Source: Planctomicrobium piriforme (GTDB taxonomy: Bacteria > Planctomycetota > Planctomycetia > Planctomycetales > Planctomycetaceae). From it: a stretch of 64,000 nt of DNA. The stretch's first letter is position 1. Each line of letters opens with the position of its first letter. Below the pieces are notes generated by a model. That model worked only from the letters and a program-made list of their open reading frames with translations. It ran no database searches and was not told the DNA's origin. Made by a program: the position numbers and the translations under genes. Below are positions 47,281-57,700 of the stretch, in pieces. Location: positions 4,174-68,173 of the forward strand of contig CAMAVF010000001.1 in NCBI GenBank assembly GCA_945861445.1, in the 5' to 3' direction.

Positions 47281-48666
47281 ATGAGTCACTCCCTGACAGT
47301 TATTGATCACCCGTCTCGAGCCGCGAAATTCGTCGAAGATGACGTCCGCAGCCACTGGCACGACGAAACGCTGTGGTTCGTCCGCGTGAAGCGTGACCGG
47401 GCCGCTCAAACGCTGCCCGAATGGGAACTGCTGCGGGAAACGGCCAGTGCCATCAAGGCGAATGTCGTCGCAAATCTGGCCGATTATCTGGAGCAGTTTG
47501 AACAGAACGCGACGCGCCTGGGAGCCAAAGTCCATTGGGCTCGTGATGCGGCCGAACACAACGCCATTGTCCTGGGACTCTTGCAGCAACACGGCGTTAA
47601 AAAGGTCGTCAAAAGCAAGTCGATGCTGACGGAAGAATGTCACCTCAACCCGTTCCTCGAACGGCATGGAATGGAGGTCATCGATACCGATCTGGGCGAA
47701 CGCATCGTCCAGATGGCGAACGAACCGCCCAGTCATATCGTGCTGCCCTGCATTCACTGGAAGCGGGAAGAAATCGGCGAGTTGTTCCATCAGCAACTCG
47801 GAACCGACAAGGGTGCCATCGATCCGAAGTACCTCGTCGAAGCGGCGCGGGCTCATCTGCGCGACAAATTCATGCACGCCGACGCCGGGATCACCGGTGT
47901 GAATTTCGCGGTAGCCGAGACCGGTGGGTTCGTCGTCTGCACGAATGAAGGAAACGCCGACTTGGGGGCTTCGCTGCCGAAACTGCACATCGCCTGCATG
48001 GGCATCGAAAAGATCATCCCGCGAGCGGCCGATTTGGGAGTCTTCCTGCGGCTACTGGCTCGATCGGCCACCGGTCAGCCGATCACCGGCTATTCCTCGC
48101 ATTTCCACGGGCCGGCCCCCGGCGGCGAACTGCACATCGTCCTGGTCGACAACGGCCGCAGTGCGATCCTGGCGCGAGAAGAATTCCGCCGCTCGCTGAA
48201 CTGCATCCGGTGCGGCGCCTGCATGAATACGTGCCCCGTCTATCGACGCAGCGGAGGACACAGCTATGGCAACGCGGTTCCCGGCCCGATCGGTTCGATC
48301 CTCGCCCCGAGCAGCGATCCCAAGAAGTACAAATCGTTACCGCATGCCTGCAGCCTGTGTGCCTCCTGTACCGACGTCTGTCCGGTCAAGATTGATCTGC
48401 ACAATCAGCTCTTAACCTGGCGGCACGAGTTGGTCCGGCTGGGCCTGCTGCCGTGGACAAAACGCCTGGCCATGAAGCTGGCAGCGTTTGTGTTTCGGCA
48501 TCCCCGTCTGTATGGAGTGTTAGGCAAGACGGCTCGGCTGGGGCTGTCGATCATGCCGCGCTGGATGGTCTACAACGCGTTCAATCCATGGGGCAAACAG
48601 CGGGAACTGCCGGCCGTCCCGAAGTCGAGCTTCCGGAAGCTGTTTCGCGAACGGAAGGCGAAGTAG
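47281..48666 (+). CDS. lutB: LutB-like iron-sulfur protein (LUD domain plus two 4Fe-4S motifs)
   Basis: Cluster motifs CIRCGACMNTCP and CSLCASCTDVCP are present. N-terminal LUD-type region. Confidence 0.75.
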   Translation: MSHSLTVIDHPSRAAKFVEDDVRSHWHDETLWFVRVKRDRAAQTLPEWELLRETASAIKANVVANLADYLEQFEQNATRLGAKVHWARDAAEHNAIVLGLLQQHGVKKVVKSKSMLTEECHLNPFLERHGMEVIDTDLGERIVQMANEPPSHIVLPCIHWKREEIGELFHQQLGTDKGAIDPKYLVEAARAHLRDKFMHADAGITGVNFAVAETGGFVVCTNEGNADLGASLPKLHIACMGIEKIIPRAADLGVFLRLLARSATGQPITGYSSHFHGPAPGGELHIVLVDNGRSAILAREEFRRSLNCIRCGACMNTCPVYRRSGGHSYGNAVPGPIGSILAPSSDPKKYKSLPHACSLCASCTDVCPVKIDLHNQLLTWRHELVRLGLLPWTKRLAMKLAAFVFRHPRLYGVLGKTARLGLSIMPRWMVYNAFNPWGKQRELPAVPKSSFRKLFRERKAK

Positions 48667-48683
48667 TGCGACGCCGGCTCAAC

Positions 48684-50171
48684 CTACTTCAGATAATTCT
48701 GCCGGTGTCGGGCGATGCGTTTCAAAGCAGGCTTCGGCACGCCGGCGGAATTGATCAGGCCGGCGAAGGGGAAGATGTGCGGTGAGGCGTCGCTGAGGTG
48801 ATTCCAGAAGACTCCCGTCACCGCCGGCTTCGCGATCAGCAAGGGGAGATAAAGGTCAATCCATTCGGCCTGGGCTTCCTCGGACCAATTGTATTTCCAG
48901 TTGGACGGTTCGACTTCCAGGTCGCAGTTGGCCAGGGGGTCGATGCCCGATGCGGAGGGGAATGCCAAGGTCACATGCAGCGGCAGACCGAGGACGCTCC
49001 ACATGTCGATCAGACGGGAATAATCCAGCAGATCTCGCGACGCTGAACCTCGCGGCGAGTAGCCCACCGCGATTTCCAGGTTGATCCCGGACAAACCCAA
49101 CCCCGCGCGAATCAGGCCGTCCGCGAATTGCATCGGCGACAGGCGATGTTGTCCCCGGGCCTGATATTCGGCCCACGGCTGATCGATGCGGATAAACAAC
49201 TGGGCCTCTTCGTCGACCTGGCGGGCGATCTCGAGGGCTTTGGCGACGAGACCCAGGCGGTTCTCTTCGGTAATCGCCATGCCGCCGCCACTGTTGCCGC
49301 GGGCGGCAACCTCCCACATTCGGACTCGGCCCTGGTAACGGCGAATGGCCGTCTCCACGAAATCGCAGACGAAACTCTGCAGGTTCCAGATGTCGCTTTC
49401 CCAGCGGAGCAGCCAATCGGGCATGCCTTGCGGAGCCAGGTCGAGCAACGGACCGCCACGCACGACCAGGCGATTATCTTCGCACCAGTCGACCTGGGCA
49501 TCGAAGAGTTCCCAGTGATATTCCCCTTCGATCGGCTCGATATTCCGCCATTTGACCGACACGGCACCCGTGTTGAATGCATCCAGGTAGTGCGGTTGCC
49601 AGGGGCCGTCCAGATCGTGTGGCAGGTAGGCCCCGACCAGCGTCGGGATCTGGGAATACCGACGGTGTCTCACCGACAGGCTTTGCTGAGCATACGATTG
49701 AGTCAGCAGTTCGGCCGCTTGAAAGGCTCGCTGCAGGGCGCTGTCTGCCAGCTCACTGCAGAGCTGCAAGTTGTTCTGCGCTCCGACCGCCCTGGCAAAC
49801 AGCGAGTGTGCATCGGCACTCAGGCCGGCATATCCGACGGGGGTCTGCATCCCGGCGGCGTCCCAGGCGGCGAGCTGGTTCCGAAGCTGGACGATCTTGC
49901 CGCGAGCCAGCTCCAACGGCAACAGATACGGTGTCTGTCGCTCGGGCAACGAGGCCGTGCTGACCATCGGTTTGCCGAACCCTTGAACGGGCCAGGCGAC
50001 ATTCAGTTTGCCGCTTTCCGAGACCTGCCGACGACAGATCAACAAATTGTCTTCCACCTCGACCCGCGTGGTATTCACCGATTGATCAAAGCCGGAAATG
50101 TAGGCGCGATGAGCCTCTGGCCACGACTCCAGCATCGAGGCCGGCTGGATCAGGAATCGCAGGACTCCCAT
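48684..50171 (-). CDS. Hypothetical protein; weak TIM-barrel glycoside-hydrolase-like pattern
   Basis: The ORF is clean. I chose the ATG at 50171 (MGVLRFLIQP). The segment DWLLRW..FVCDFVETAIRRYQGRVRMWEVA loosely recalls GH10-type barrels, but I could not identify catalytic Glu motifs. Confidence 0.6.
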   Translation of the reverse strand: MGVLRFLIQPASMLESWPEAHRAYISGFDQSVNTTRVEVEDNLLICRRQVSESGKLNVAWPVQGFGKPMVSTASLPERQTPYLLPLELARGKIVQLRNQLAAWDAAGMQTPVGYAGLSADAHSLFARAVGAQNNLQLCSELADSALQRAFQAAELLTQSYAQQSLSVRHRRYSQIPTLVGAYLPHDLDGPWQPHYLDAFNTGAVSVKWRNIEPIEGEYHWELFDAQVDWCEDNRLVVRGGPLLDLAPQGMPDWLLRWESDIWNLQSFVCDFVETAIRRYQGRVRMWEVAARGNSGGGMAITEENRLGLVAKALEIARQVDEEAQLFIRIDQPWAEYQARGQHRLSPMQFADGLIRAGLGLSGINLEIAVGYSPRGSASRDLLDYSRLIDMWSVLGLPLHVTLAFPSASGIDPLANCDLEVEPSNWKYNWSEEAQAEWIDLYLPLLIAKPAVTGVFWNHLSDASPHIFPFAGLINSAGVPKPALKRIARHRQNYLK

Positions 50172-50481
50172 AGTTGATTCCCAATCCGATCTCTTTTTCC
50201 AGCGACACAATGGGTTCGGGGAATTGGCAGAGGGCGACAAATGGCCCTAATCCAATGATTCTAAGCGTCGTCCCGTTGAGGTTCAAGAACCGGGCGATAT
50301 CATCACGGGATTGATTGATTGTGACATTGCACGCCGCGATGTGGTCAAATATACAAAAGTAGCCGTCAGGATGAATCATTTGGGAGACAATTGCGATTTG
50401 GTAAAAGGGTTGAGCGTTCCACGTTAAAAACTCTGTCCGAAGCCCCAACAGGGACGGAGCAGCTCCCCTCGCCCCAGTAAT

Positions 50482-50635
50482 CTGAGGAGAGGGGTTGGGG
50501 GTGAGGGGAACGATTAACCATCGACTCCCAATCCAATTTTGTCAGGAGAAATGCCACTTTGTGATGCCGGTTGAACTACGCTCGCAAAGCCCCTCTCCCC
50601 CAACCCCTCTCCCCGGAGTACCGAGGCGAGGGGAG
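50482..50635. repeat. Family G inverted repeat with ~46-bp G/C-tract arms (translates as ..PQPLSPEYRGEG..)
   Basis: CTCCCCTCGCCCCAGTAATCTGAGGAGAGGGGTTGGGGGTGAGGGG at 50482-50527 pairs with CCCCTCTCCCCCAACCCCTCTCCCCGGAGTACCGAGGCGAGGGGAG at 50590-50635. Confidence 0.85.
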
Positions 50636-50703
50636 ACGAAGTGTTTTTGTCGCGCGGGGTCCAAAGGTTGAATTAAAACGCTCTTGCCAGCAGATTGAGT
50701 TTT

Positions 50704-51594
50704 ATGTCTTCCGTGCCATTATTATCCACAAATCTCCCCGGTCTGACCCCGCGGCGGGGCAAGGTTCGGGACTTGTACGAATTCGGTGACCGGTTGTTGT
50801 TGATCGCCACCGACCGGATCAGCGCGTTCGATTGGGTCCTGCCGTCGGGAATTCCCGACAAAGGCCGCGTGCTGACGCAAATCAGTCAGTTCTGGTTTCA
50901 ACGCCTGCACATTCCCAATCATCTCCTCAGTATGGACGTCAACGACTTGCCGCTGCCGCCAGAAGCCAACCGTGAAGAATTGGCCGGGCGGAGCATGGTT
51001 GTCCGTCGCACAACGGTTTTTCCGGTGGAATGTGTCGTTCGTGGCTACCTATCGGGTTCGGGCTGGAAGGAATACCAGGCCTCGGGGAAAGTCTGCGGGA
51101 TCACATTGCCCCCCGGCTTGCGGGAAAGTGAGATGCTGCCCGAGCCGATCTTTACGCCAGCCACGAAGGCGGAATCTGGCCACGATATGAATATCTCGTT
51201 CGCGCAAATGTGCGAAATCGTCGGTGCCGACACGGCCGAGACGCTGCGGGAGCTGAGTCTGCAGATTTACGATCAGGCTTCGGATTTTGCTCGGTTGCGT
51301 GGCATTATCATCGCCGACACGAAGTTCGAATTCGGATCCATCGGAGACCAGATCTATCTAATCGATGAAGTGTTGACACCGGACAGCTCACGGTTCTGGC
51401 CGGCCGACAAATATGTGCCAGGGCGCAGCCAGCCGTCGTTCGACAAGCAATTTGTCCGCGACTGGCTGGAAACGACCGGCTGGGACAAAAACAGCCCGCC
51501 CCCCGAGATCCCGGCAGAAGTCGTCGCGAAAACTCGTGAAAAATACATCGAAGCGTATGAAATTCTGACTGATGAAACCTTCCCGTGGCTGTGA
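50704..51594 (+). CDS. purC: Phosphoribosylaminoimidazole-succinocarboxamide synthase
   Basis: [21 protein letters not shown] and ADTKFEFG are present. It is the long (about 297 aa) PurC form. Confidence 0.9.
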   Translation: MSSVPLLSTNLPGLTPRRGKVRDLYEFGDRLLLIATDRISAFDWVLPSGIPDKGRVLTQISQFWFQRLHIPNHLLSMDVNDLPLPPEANREELAGRSMVVRRTTVFPVECVVRGYLSGSGWKEYQASGKVCGITLPPGLRESEMLPEPIFTPATKAESGHDMNISFAQMCEIVGADTAETLRELSLQIYDQASDFARLRGIIIADTKFEFGSIGDQIYLIDEVLTPDSSRFWPADKYVPGRSQPSFDKQFVRDWLETTGWDKNSPPPEIPAEVVAKTREKYIEAYEILTDETFPWL

Positions 51595-51642
51595 TCTACG
51601 GTTTCGCAGACCCGTGCGACTGTGTTACAAACAAAAAAGGCC

Positions 51643-51740
51643 GGGGGTCGGGGCTACGATTTTTCGAGATTGGCGGATAACGTCGGTCCGGCAGCGGGGA
51701 TTAAAGGCCGCCAATTTCGAAAACTCGTACCCCCCGACCC
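51643..51740. repeat. Family A palindromic element, copy A3
   Basis: The sequence is GGGGGTCGGGGCTACGATTTTTCGAGATTGGCGG..CCGCCAATTTCGAAAACTCGTACCCCCCGACCC. Confidence 0.9.
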
Positions 51741-51774
51741 TGATCTTCCTCCTACCTTTTGAAATCATTCATCC

Positions 51775-52914
51775 ATGTTGCGTTTGCTTACCGCCGGTGA
51801 ATCCCACGGCAAAACCTTGTTGGCCATTCTGGATGGGTTTCCTGCCGGTCTGACGATTGACGTGGCGTCGATCAATGTCGAATTGAAGCGTCGCCAGGGA
51901 GGCTATGGCCGTGGCGGACGCCAGAAGCTGGAAGTCGATGAAGTCGATATTCAGGCGGGAATCTGGCAAGGGGTCACGCTGGGCAGCCCGGTCACGCTGG
52001 CCGTCATTAACAGCGACTATAAGCTCGAACGCCTCAAAGAGATTGATCGCCCTCGACCGGGTCACGGCGATCTGTCCGGGGCGATGAAGTACCTGGGTTC
52101 GGTCCGGGGCATTCTGGAACGAGCGAGTGCCCGCGAAACGGCGGTCAGGGTGGCGGCGGGAGCGTTATCTCAGCAATTGCTCGGACTGTTTGGGATCACG
52201 GTGTTTGGATATGTCCTGGAACTCGAACAGATCAAGACGGCGCCGCAAACGGGCACGTTCAACGAACTGCGTGCCCTCCGCGATGCCAGCCCGATGTATA
52301 CGCTGGATCCGGAAGCCGACCAGGCCATCGTGGCTCGCGTCGATCAGGCGACCCAGGACGGGGACACGCTGGGTGGGATTGTCGAAGTGCGCGTTGACGG
52401 ACTGCCGTTCGGATTGGGCTCGCACGCTCAATGGGACCGCAAGCTGGATGGATTGCTGGCCCAGGCCGTGATGAGCATTCAGGCCATCAAGGGCGTGGAG
52501 ATTGGCCTGGGCTTCGAAGCGGCTCGGCGGCCCGGTTCGCGTGTGCATGATCCCATCCAGTTCGATCCCTCCCACCGGGGTGACACGACGCTCGGTTACG
52601 TGCGCCCCACCAATAATGCGGGCGGACTGGAAGCCGGCATGACCAATGGCCAGCCGCTGGTGATCCGCGCTGCGAAGAAGCCGATCAGCACCCTCAGAAA
52701 GCCGCTCGATTCGATCAACTTGAAGACCAAACAGACGGAAAACGCCGCTTACGAACGGAGTGACGTGTGTGCCTTGGCGGCGGCCAGCGTCATCGTGGAA
52801 AGCGTCGTCGCCTTGACGGTCGCGCAGGCGTTTCTGGAAAAATTCGGAAATGATAGCGTGACCGAGATTCGGGCGCGATATGATGCGTATCTGGAACTTG
52901 CGAGGCAGCGCTAA
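51775..52914 (+). CDS. aroC: Chorismate synthase
   Basis: MLRLLTAGESHGKTLLAILDGFPAGL, RRQGGYGRGGRQ and RPGHGDL are present. Confidence 0.9.
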   Translation: MLRLLTAGESHGKTLLAILDGFPAGLTIDVASINVELKRRQGGYGRGGRQKLEVDEVDIQAGIWQGVTLGSPVTLAVINSDYKLERLKEIDRPRPGHGDLSGAMKYLGSVRGILERASARETAVRVAAGALSQQLLGLFGITVFGYVLELEQIKTAPQTGTFNELRALRDASPMYTLDPEADQAIVARVDQATQDGDTLGGIVEVRVDGLPFGLGSHAQWDRKLDGLLAQAVMSIQAIKGVEIGLGFEAARRPGSRVHDPIQFDPSHRGDTTLGYVRPTNNAGGLEAGMTNGQPLVIRAAKKPISTLRKPLDSINLKTKQTENAAYERSDVCALAAASVIVESVVALTVAQAFLEKFGNDSVTEIRARYDAYLELARQR

Positions 52915-53097
52915 GCCACCCAGATCGTGAGCGGTACGGCGCTAGCCGCCGTTTCTGCGTGTCCATTGAAAAACCGGCGGCCAGCGGCGTGCCGCTTACG
53001 AATCTGTCGAATGGAGTGTCCTATGACGTCACGGGTTGTGTCTCGAACTGGCGTGAGCGAGAAATCAGGCTCGAAGTCTGAGTTCTCTGACCCGAGC

Positions 53098-53754
53098 ATG
53101 TCGATGATCAAGGCGCCACCCGAGCCATTGATGGTGTGCATCGTCGACAACGACGCCGCCATCTGGGACTCGTTGGGGTTTTTGATCGAATCTGCCGGGA
53201 TCCCCGTGGCGACCTACGCCTCGGCCCGGGAATTCCTCGAACTGTGGGACATCTCACGCACTGGCTGTCTGCTCGTCGACATCCGCATGCCCGGCATGAG
53301 CGGCCCGGAACTGCAGACCGAACTGACCAAACGCAACATGCTGGTGCCGTTGATCTTTATCACGGGCTTCGGGGACGTGCAGTTGGCAGTCCAGGCGATG
53401 AAACGTGGAGCGTTCGACTTCTTCGAGAAGCCCATCCATCACGAATTGTTGCTGGACCGCCTGCGTCAAGCACTGGCAAAAGAAGCGGCCGCGCGACCTG
53501 AAGCGGCAGAAAAAGCAGAGTTCGAGCGTCGCTATGCCTTGTTGTCACCCAAGGAACGACAGGTTCTCGATCTGGTGGTGCAAGGGAAAACCAGCCTGGA
53601 AATCTCCGGCGGCCTCAATTGCGCCCCGAAGACGGTGGAAGTTCATCGGACCAATATCTACCCCAAGATGCGCTGCAAGAACCTCGCGGTCATCGTGCGG
53701 ATGATGATGCTGAAGCGCGTGGTGGATTCGGATGGCGAAAAAGCGGCGGAGTAA
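53098..53754 (+). CDS. FixJ/NarL-type response regulator (REC plus LuxR-type HTH)
   Basis: The receiver domain has VCIVDNDAAIWDS..CLLVDIRMPGMSG..FFEKP. The HTH is LSPKERQVLDLVVQGKTSLEISGGLNCAPKTVEVHRTNI. The start is uncertain (ATG 53011, 53023, 53098 or 53104). Confidence 0.8.
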   Translation: MSMIKAPPEPLMVCIVDNDAAIWDSLGFLIESAGIPVATYASAREFLELWDISRTGCLLVDIRMPGMSGPELQTELTKRNMLVPLIFITGFGDVQLAVQAMKRGAFDFFEKPIHHELLLDRLRQALAKEAAARPEAAEKAEFERRYALLSPKERQVLDLVVQGKTSLEISGGLNCAPKTVEVHRTNIYPKMRCKNLAVIVRMMMLKRVVDSDGEKAAE

Positions 53755-53760
53755 TAGAAA

Positions 53761-53797
53761 ATCCGTGGTCGATTGTCAGAGACAACCGACCACGGAT
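53761..53797. terminator. 17-bp stem hairpin immediately 3' of the response regulator gene
   Basis: ATCCGTGGTCGATTGTC-AGA-GACAACCGACCACGGAT has one mismatch. No T-run follows, so terminator function is only inferred. Confidence 0.5.
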
Positions 53798-53826
53798 CCA
53801 GACCACAGCCAGAGGTCATGTCCTAG

Positions 53827-53905
53827 CCCTAACAAAACCGGTTGTGGGCAGTTCAGAACCGCGACATTTCAAACGGTTTTGAACTGCTGCAGAGGTTTTG
53901 TTAGC
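53827..53905. repeat. Family B nested-hairpin element, copy B3 (between convergent regulator and pilin-like genes)
   Basis: The sequence is CCCTAACAAAACCGGTTGTGGGCAGTTCAGAACCGCG..AACGGTTTTGAACTGCTGCAGAGGTTTTGTTAGC. Confidence 0.85.
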
Positions 53906-53910
53906 GTTTC

Positions 53911-54216
53911 TTAGTGTTCGCCGGTGGGTGAGACGTTGCAGACGATGTCGCAATCGCAGTCACCGGCATCGCGGTTGTCCCAGAAGGCACTGCCGGAGCT
54001 TTGTCCCTTGTGACCGGCGGCCCCGTTGTATTGGTAAGTCTGATTGATCGAGCCGATGGCCGAACCGACGTCTTCGAGTTCCTGATTGATGTTGAAGGCG
54101 ACTTCCGACAGGCCGACGACCAGAGAAAGGACGCCGATCGTGGCGACCAGGACCAGTTCGGCAGAGACAATGAAACCGGCTTCGTCGTTTAACAGGTTAG
54201 TGATGATGTTCGTCAT
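53911..54216 (-). CDS. Flp-like pilin with ~45-aa Cys/Asp-rich C-terminal extension
   Basis: MTNIITNLLNDEAG|FIVSAELVLVATIGVLSLVVGL parallels the Flp prepilin layout (DE[SA]G, then a hydrophobic helix containing Glu). The tail is YQYNGAAGHKGQSSGSAFWDNRDAGDCDCDIVCNVSPTGEH. Confidence 0.6.
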   Translation of the reverse strand: MTNIITNLLNDEAGFIVSAELVLVATIGVLSLVVGLSEVAFNINQELEDVGSAIGSINQTYQYNGAAGHKGQSSGSAFWDNRDAGDCDCDIVCNVSPTGEH

Positions 54217-54528
54217 GGCTGTGGTTCCTTCTGTGTAACTGGTTTGGCTGTGAATCTTGTTTGTTTGACCGGCTGGTTTGAGTCACCGGTGTGTTTGATG
54301 AATGACATGTAAAGCAGCCTGTATGCCAATCGATACATTTTGTTTCAGAATCTTGACAGTCTGGATGTAAGTAGTTGCGTGTCAATAACTAATGGTGCAG
54401 TGCAGAATGCCGTGGCCAACCGATGCAAGGCTGGGGCATGATGCGGAAAAACAACGTGACGCAACATTGGCGGCATCATTGTGGAGAAGTGGCATCATGC
54501 CGTGATTGTCACCTTGTGACCTAGCATA

Positions 54529-54601
54529 ATTCCCATCCGTCCCATTGGTCCCATAAGTCCCATACATTTTTTAGAATGAGACGGATGGGACTTATGGGAT
54601 C
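54529..54601. repeat. Family C array, copy C6
   Basis: The sequence is AATTCCCATCCGTCCCATTGGTCCCATAAGTCCCATA..GACGGATGGGACTTATGGGATC. Confidence 0.85.
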
Positions 54602-54624
54602 AGAGGGTCTATCAACAGCGAATC

Positions 54625-54669
54625 CAATAGAAAAGCCGCCGCGAACCAGGGGGGATGGTTCGCGGCGGC
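54625..54669 (-). terminator. Rho-independent terminator of the secretin gene
   Basis: A 13-bp GC-rich stem (GCCGCCGCGAACC/GGTTCGCGGCGGC, 54635-54669) is followed on the minus strand by TTTTCTATT. It lies ~95 nt after the stop codon at 54764. Confidence 0.75.
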
Positions 54670-54763
54670 CGAGAGAGAACGTCACGGGGGTGACGTCGGA
54701 GAGACATCTTTCATGCCAGGCTGGCGAGTCTGGAGAGGACTGGCCAGCCTGTGCGATCAACCA

Positions 54764-57700
54764 TTACAGCGGAACTCCCAGCAGTTCCTCTTCTTCTTCC
54801 TGGATGATAATGCGCGGTGTCACCATCATCATCAAGCTATCCGTTTCACGACCCACGCCACTGTTCTTGAACAGGCGATTGATGTAGGGAAGCTTGTTCA
54901 AGATTGGCACACCGGCCATATTGCGGCCTTCCTTCAACCGCTTGATACCACCCAGCAGAACCGTACCACCATCCGGAACACTCACTGAAGTCTGGATGGA
55001 GATGACTTCCTGCACCGGCTGTTGCACGGTTTGCGTGGCCGGCGTACTACCGATTGTCGTACCACCGCCACCACCCGAACCGCTGGTCGTGGAGCCGCTG
55101 GTTGTGGAACCAGATGTTGTTGAACCGGAAGTTGTCGAACCGCCGCTGCTGCCACCGACGTTGCCACCGCCACCGCTCGAACCGCTCGAACCACCACCAC
55201 CGATGCTACCACCATTGCCCTGGAAGCCTGTTGACGAACCGCCGCTGTTACCACCGGACGAACCGCCTGTACCTGAGAAGGTGAAGGTAAACACGTCGGT
55301 GATCGACCGGAAGTCAGGGACCAGTGACAACCGCACATAGCGGCGGTCAGCAGACACGACGGCCGTGACCAGCAGCGTGACACCTTCGGTAAAGATCTGC
55401 ACGTTGGGGGCGAAGGCCACCGTGAAGGCACCGACCACCGGGGTCTGGCCTACGACGAACGGACGTCGCAAGTTGTCTTCCACCTGGGCCAACTGACCAT
55501 TGAACAGCGTGACCTTGGGGGCGAACAAGATGTTCGACCGCGAATCACCCTGAGCTGCCTGGATGAAGAAGAATGTTTCGATATCACTCAGAATTGCGAA
55601 GCCCATAGAGAGACCGGCGTCGGGCTTGAAGCTACCGAAGTCCGGAATACCGACGTCGAACGAACCTTGACGGAAGGGAATCTGCAGATCATTGGCGAAC
55701 GTATTCTGACGTTCCATACCGACAATCGTACCCAACTTGGGATAGTCACCGCGGCGGGTGAGGTCACGCGGTGGTCCAGGAGCGAACGGAGCCGACCCCG
55801 TGCCGCCGACCAGACTGGTGGTCGTACCGCCACCGCCGGTCGTCGAACCGCTGGTACTCGTACCGGTTGTGCTCACGGAAGAGCCAGTTGTCGCACCGGC
55901 ATTGGTATAGGTCCGGCCACCACCAAACGGTGCCAGGAAGTCACCGAACTGCGAGTTGATATTATTCACCGGTGCCGTGCCCTGCACGTTGAAGTCGAAG
56001 TCGACACCGATACGTTCGAAGAACTTGTCGGACACCGTCACGAACCGCACTTCAATCGACACCTGCAGGTCTTGCAGGCGTCGCAATTGAGCCAGCAAGT
56101 CCTGGATTTCTTCGTGGGCCTGCTGAGTCTGGCGGATGACCAGGCTCAACGTCGTTTCAAACGGCCGGACCGAGGCCGGACCACCGACTTCATCCCACGA
56201 GCCGGGTTCCACTGTATTGACGACCAGATCCATCAGGCTGTCGAAATCGGCCTGTGACGCACGTCGCATCCCTTCCGGAATCCGGCGTTCGCCGACCACA
56301 CCGGACGTTCCGGCACTGGCGGGAGCTCCAAAACCGTCTTGAACCTGGGCGAAGGCTTGACCCGCAGGACGTTGTTTGTTGGCGGACACGTTGAAGGGCG
56401 CACCACCCAGGTTGCCCGTCGCGGACGTTCCCGCGTTCAGACTTCCCAGGGGAGCCGGATTGGCAAAGTTCGGAATCGGAATCACCAGGTCGGCGACGTT
56501 GTAGACGCGAGTCTCCAAATCACCCTTCTGACGATCCATGCTCGTAATCTTCAAGACTTCATCGCGAATCGCATAACCCAGATGCAGCGGTTCCAGAATC
56601 AGATTCAAGGCACTCTTCATCTGGATGCCGTCCACATTGATCGTGATCGGCGTGTTGGAATCGACCTGGACTTCTTCCAGACCCTGGGGGTCCAGACGGA
56701 AGTTGATGTTCGAATCGACCGCCAGCTTGTTGATCACACTTTCCAGCGGTTCACCTTCGAAGTGCATCGAGACCTGCCGCGAGAGACTCTTTTCAATGCG
56801 TTTCTCTTCTTCGGTCTTCATCCGATTGTCACCGGTATACTTGCCTTTGCGTCGATTGGACAATTCGGCCCAGTGCTTCGCATAGACGATCGGATTCTGA
56901 TCATTGAAGGGGACTGCTGACTCTTCGACAGAATTCAGAGTGGCCCAGACGCCCTCTTCCTTGCGATCCTTCAGTTCGTCGTTGCTGTTATTACGCATCG
57001 CGAACTTGGCCTTCCACTTCATGATTTCGGCCGAAGGATTCTCGGGATCAAGTTCCCGGGCCTTCTTCGCGATCAGCTCAGCTTCCGCGTAACGGCGTTG
57101 CTTGAGGAGATCGTTGAATTGCTGCACCAGGTCCGCGAATTCCTGCTCGATGCGGATCTGGGTACGGACGGTGGTCTTATTGAAATCCTTCACACCTTCG
57201 TTGTGTTTCTTTTGGGCGACGTTGGAGGCCTGTTCCTGCAGGCTACCCTGGGCCAGTTCACGGGCCCGGGTGACCGCACGCAGCAGCGGCGTCACTTGTT
57301 CCTTGGACAGATCCGAGTTTTCCAGTTCCAGTTGGGCCTTGTCGAGGATCTTCAAGGCTTCTTCCGGATCCTTTTCCCGAGCCCGATCGGCGCGGAAGAC
57401 TGAGTTCATGACCTGGGTGCGCAAAGCTTCCAGTTTAATCACCAACTGCTGATCAACCCGATCCAATGCACTGGGAGCGGCACCTTCAGCCGTTGATGCA
57501 TTCGGATCAGTTTCGGTGGCTCCTTCAGCGACCGGTTCGTCGCTGCTGCCCTGCAAGAGTCGGATGTTTTTGCCCTTGCCCGACTGTGCGAATGCTTGAT
57601 TCTTTGGTGACAACTGTTGCAGGAAGTCTTCCAACTGTTGTTTCACTCGTGGCGGCAATTGCTCGCCCGATTGATAGGCTTGCAGGAACAGGTGATAGGC

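Noticed and set aside
50086-50448. A 120-aa minus-strand ORF (MGLRTEFLTWNAQPFYQ..FCIFDHIAACNVTINQSRDDIARFLN..) lies in a lower-GC patch upstream of the 48684-50171 gene.
   Set aside because: It overlaps the accepted gene by ~85 bp in another frame. It has no recognisable motif or convincing SD. It could be a gene remnant, but the sequence alone does not support a call.
50366-50789. Short ORFs translate as ..PHPQPLSSDYWGEG.. and ..PLPQPLSPEYRGEG..
   Set aside because: They are the two arms of inverted repeat family G read in opposite directions. The peptide similarity is a consequence of the DNA repeat.
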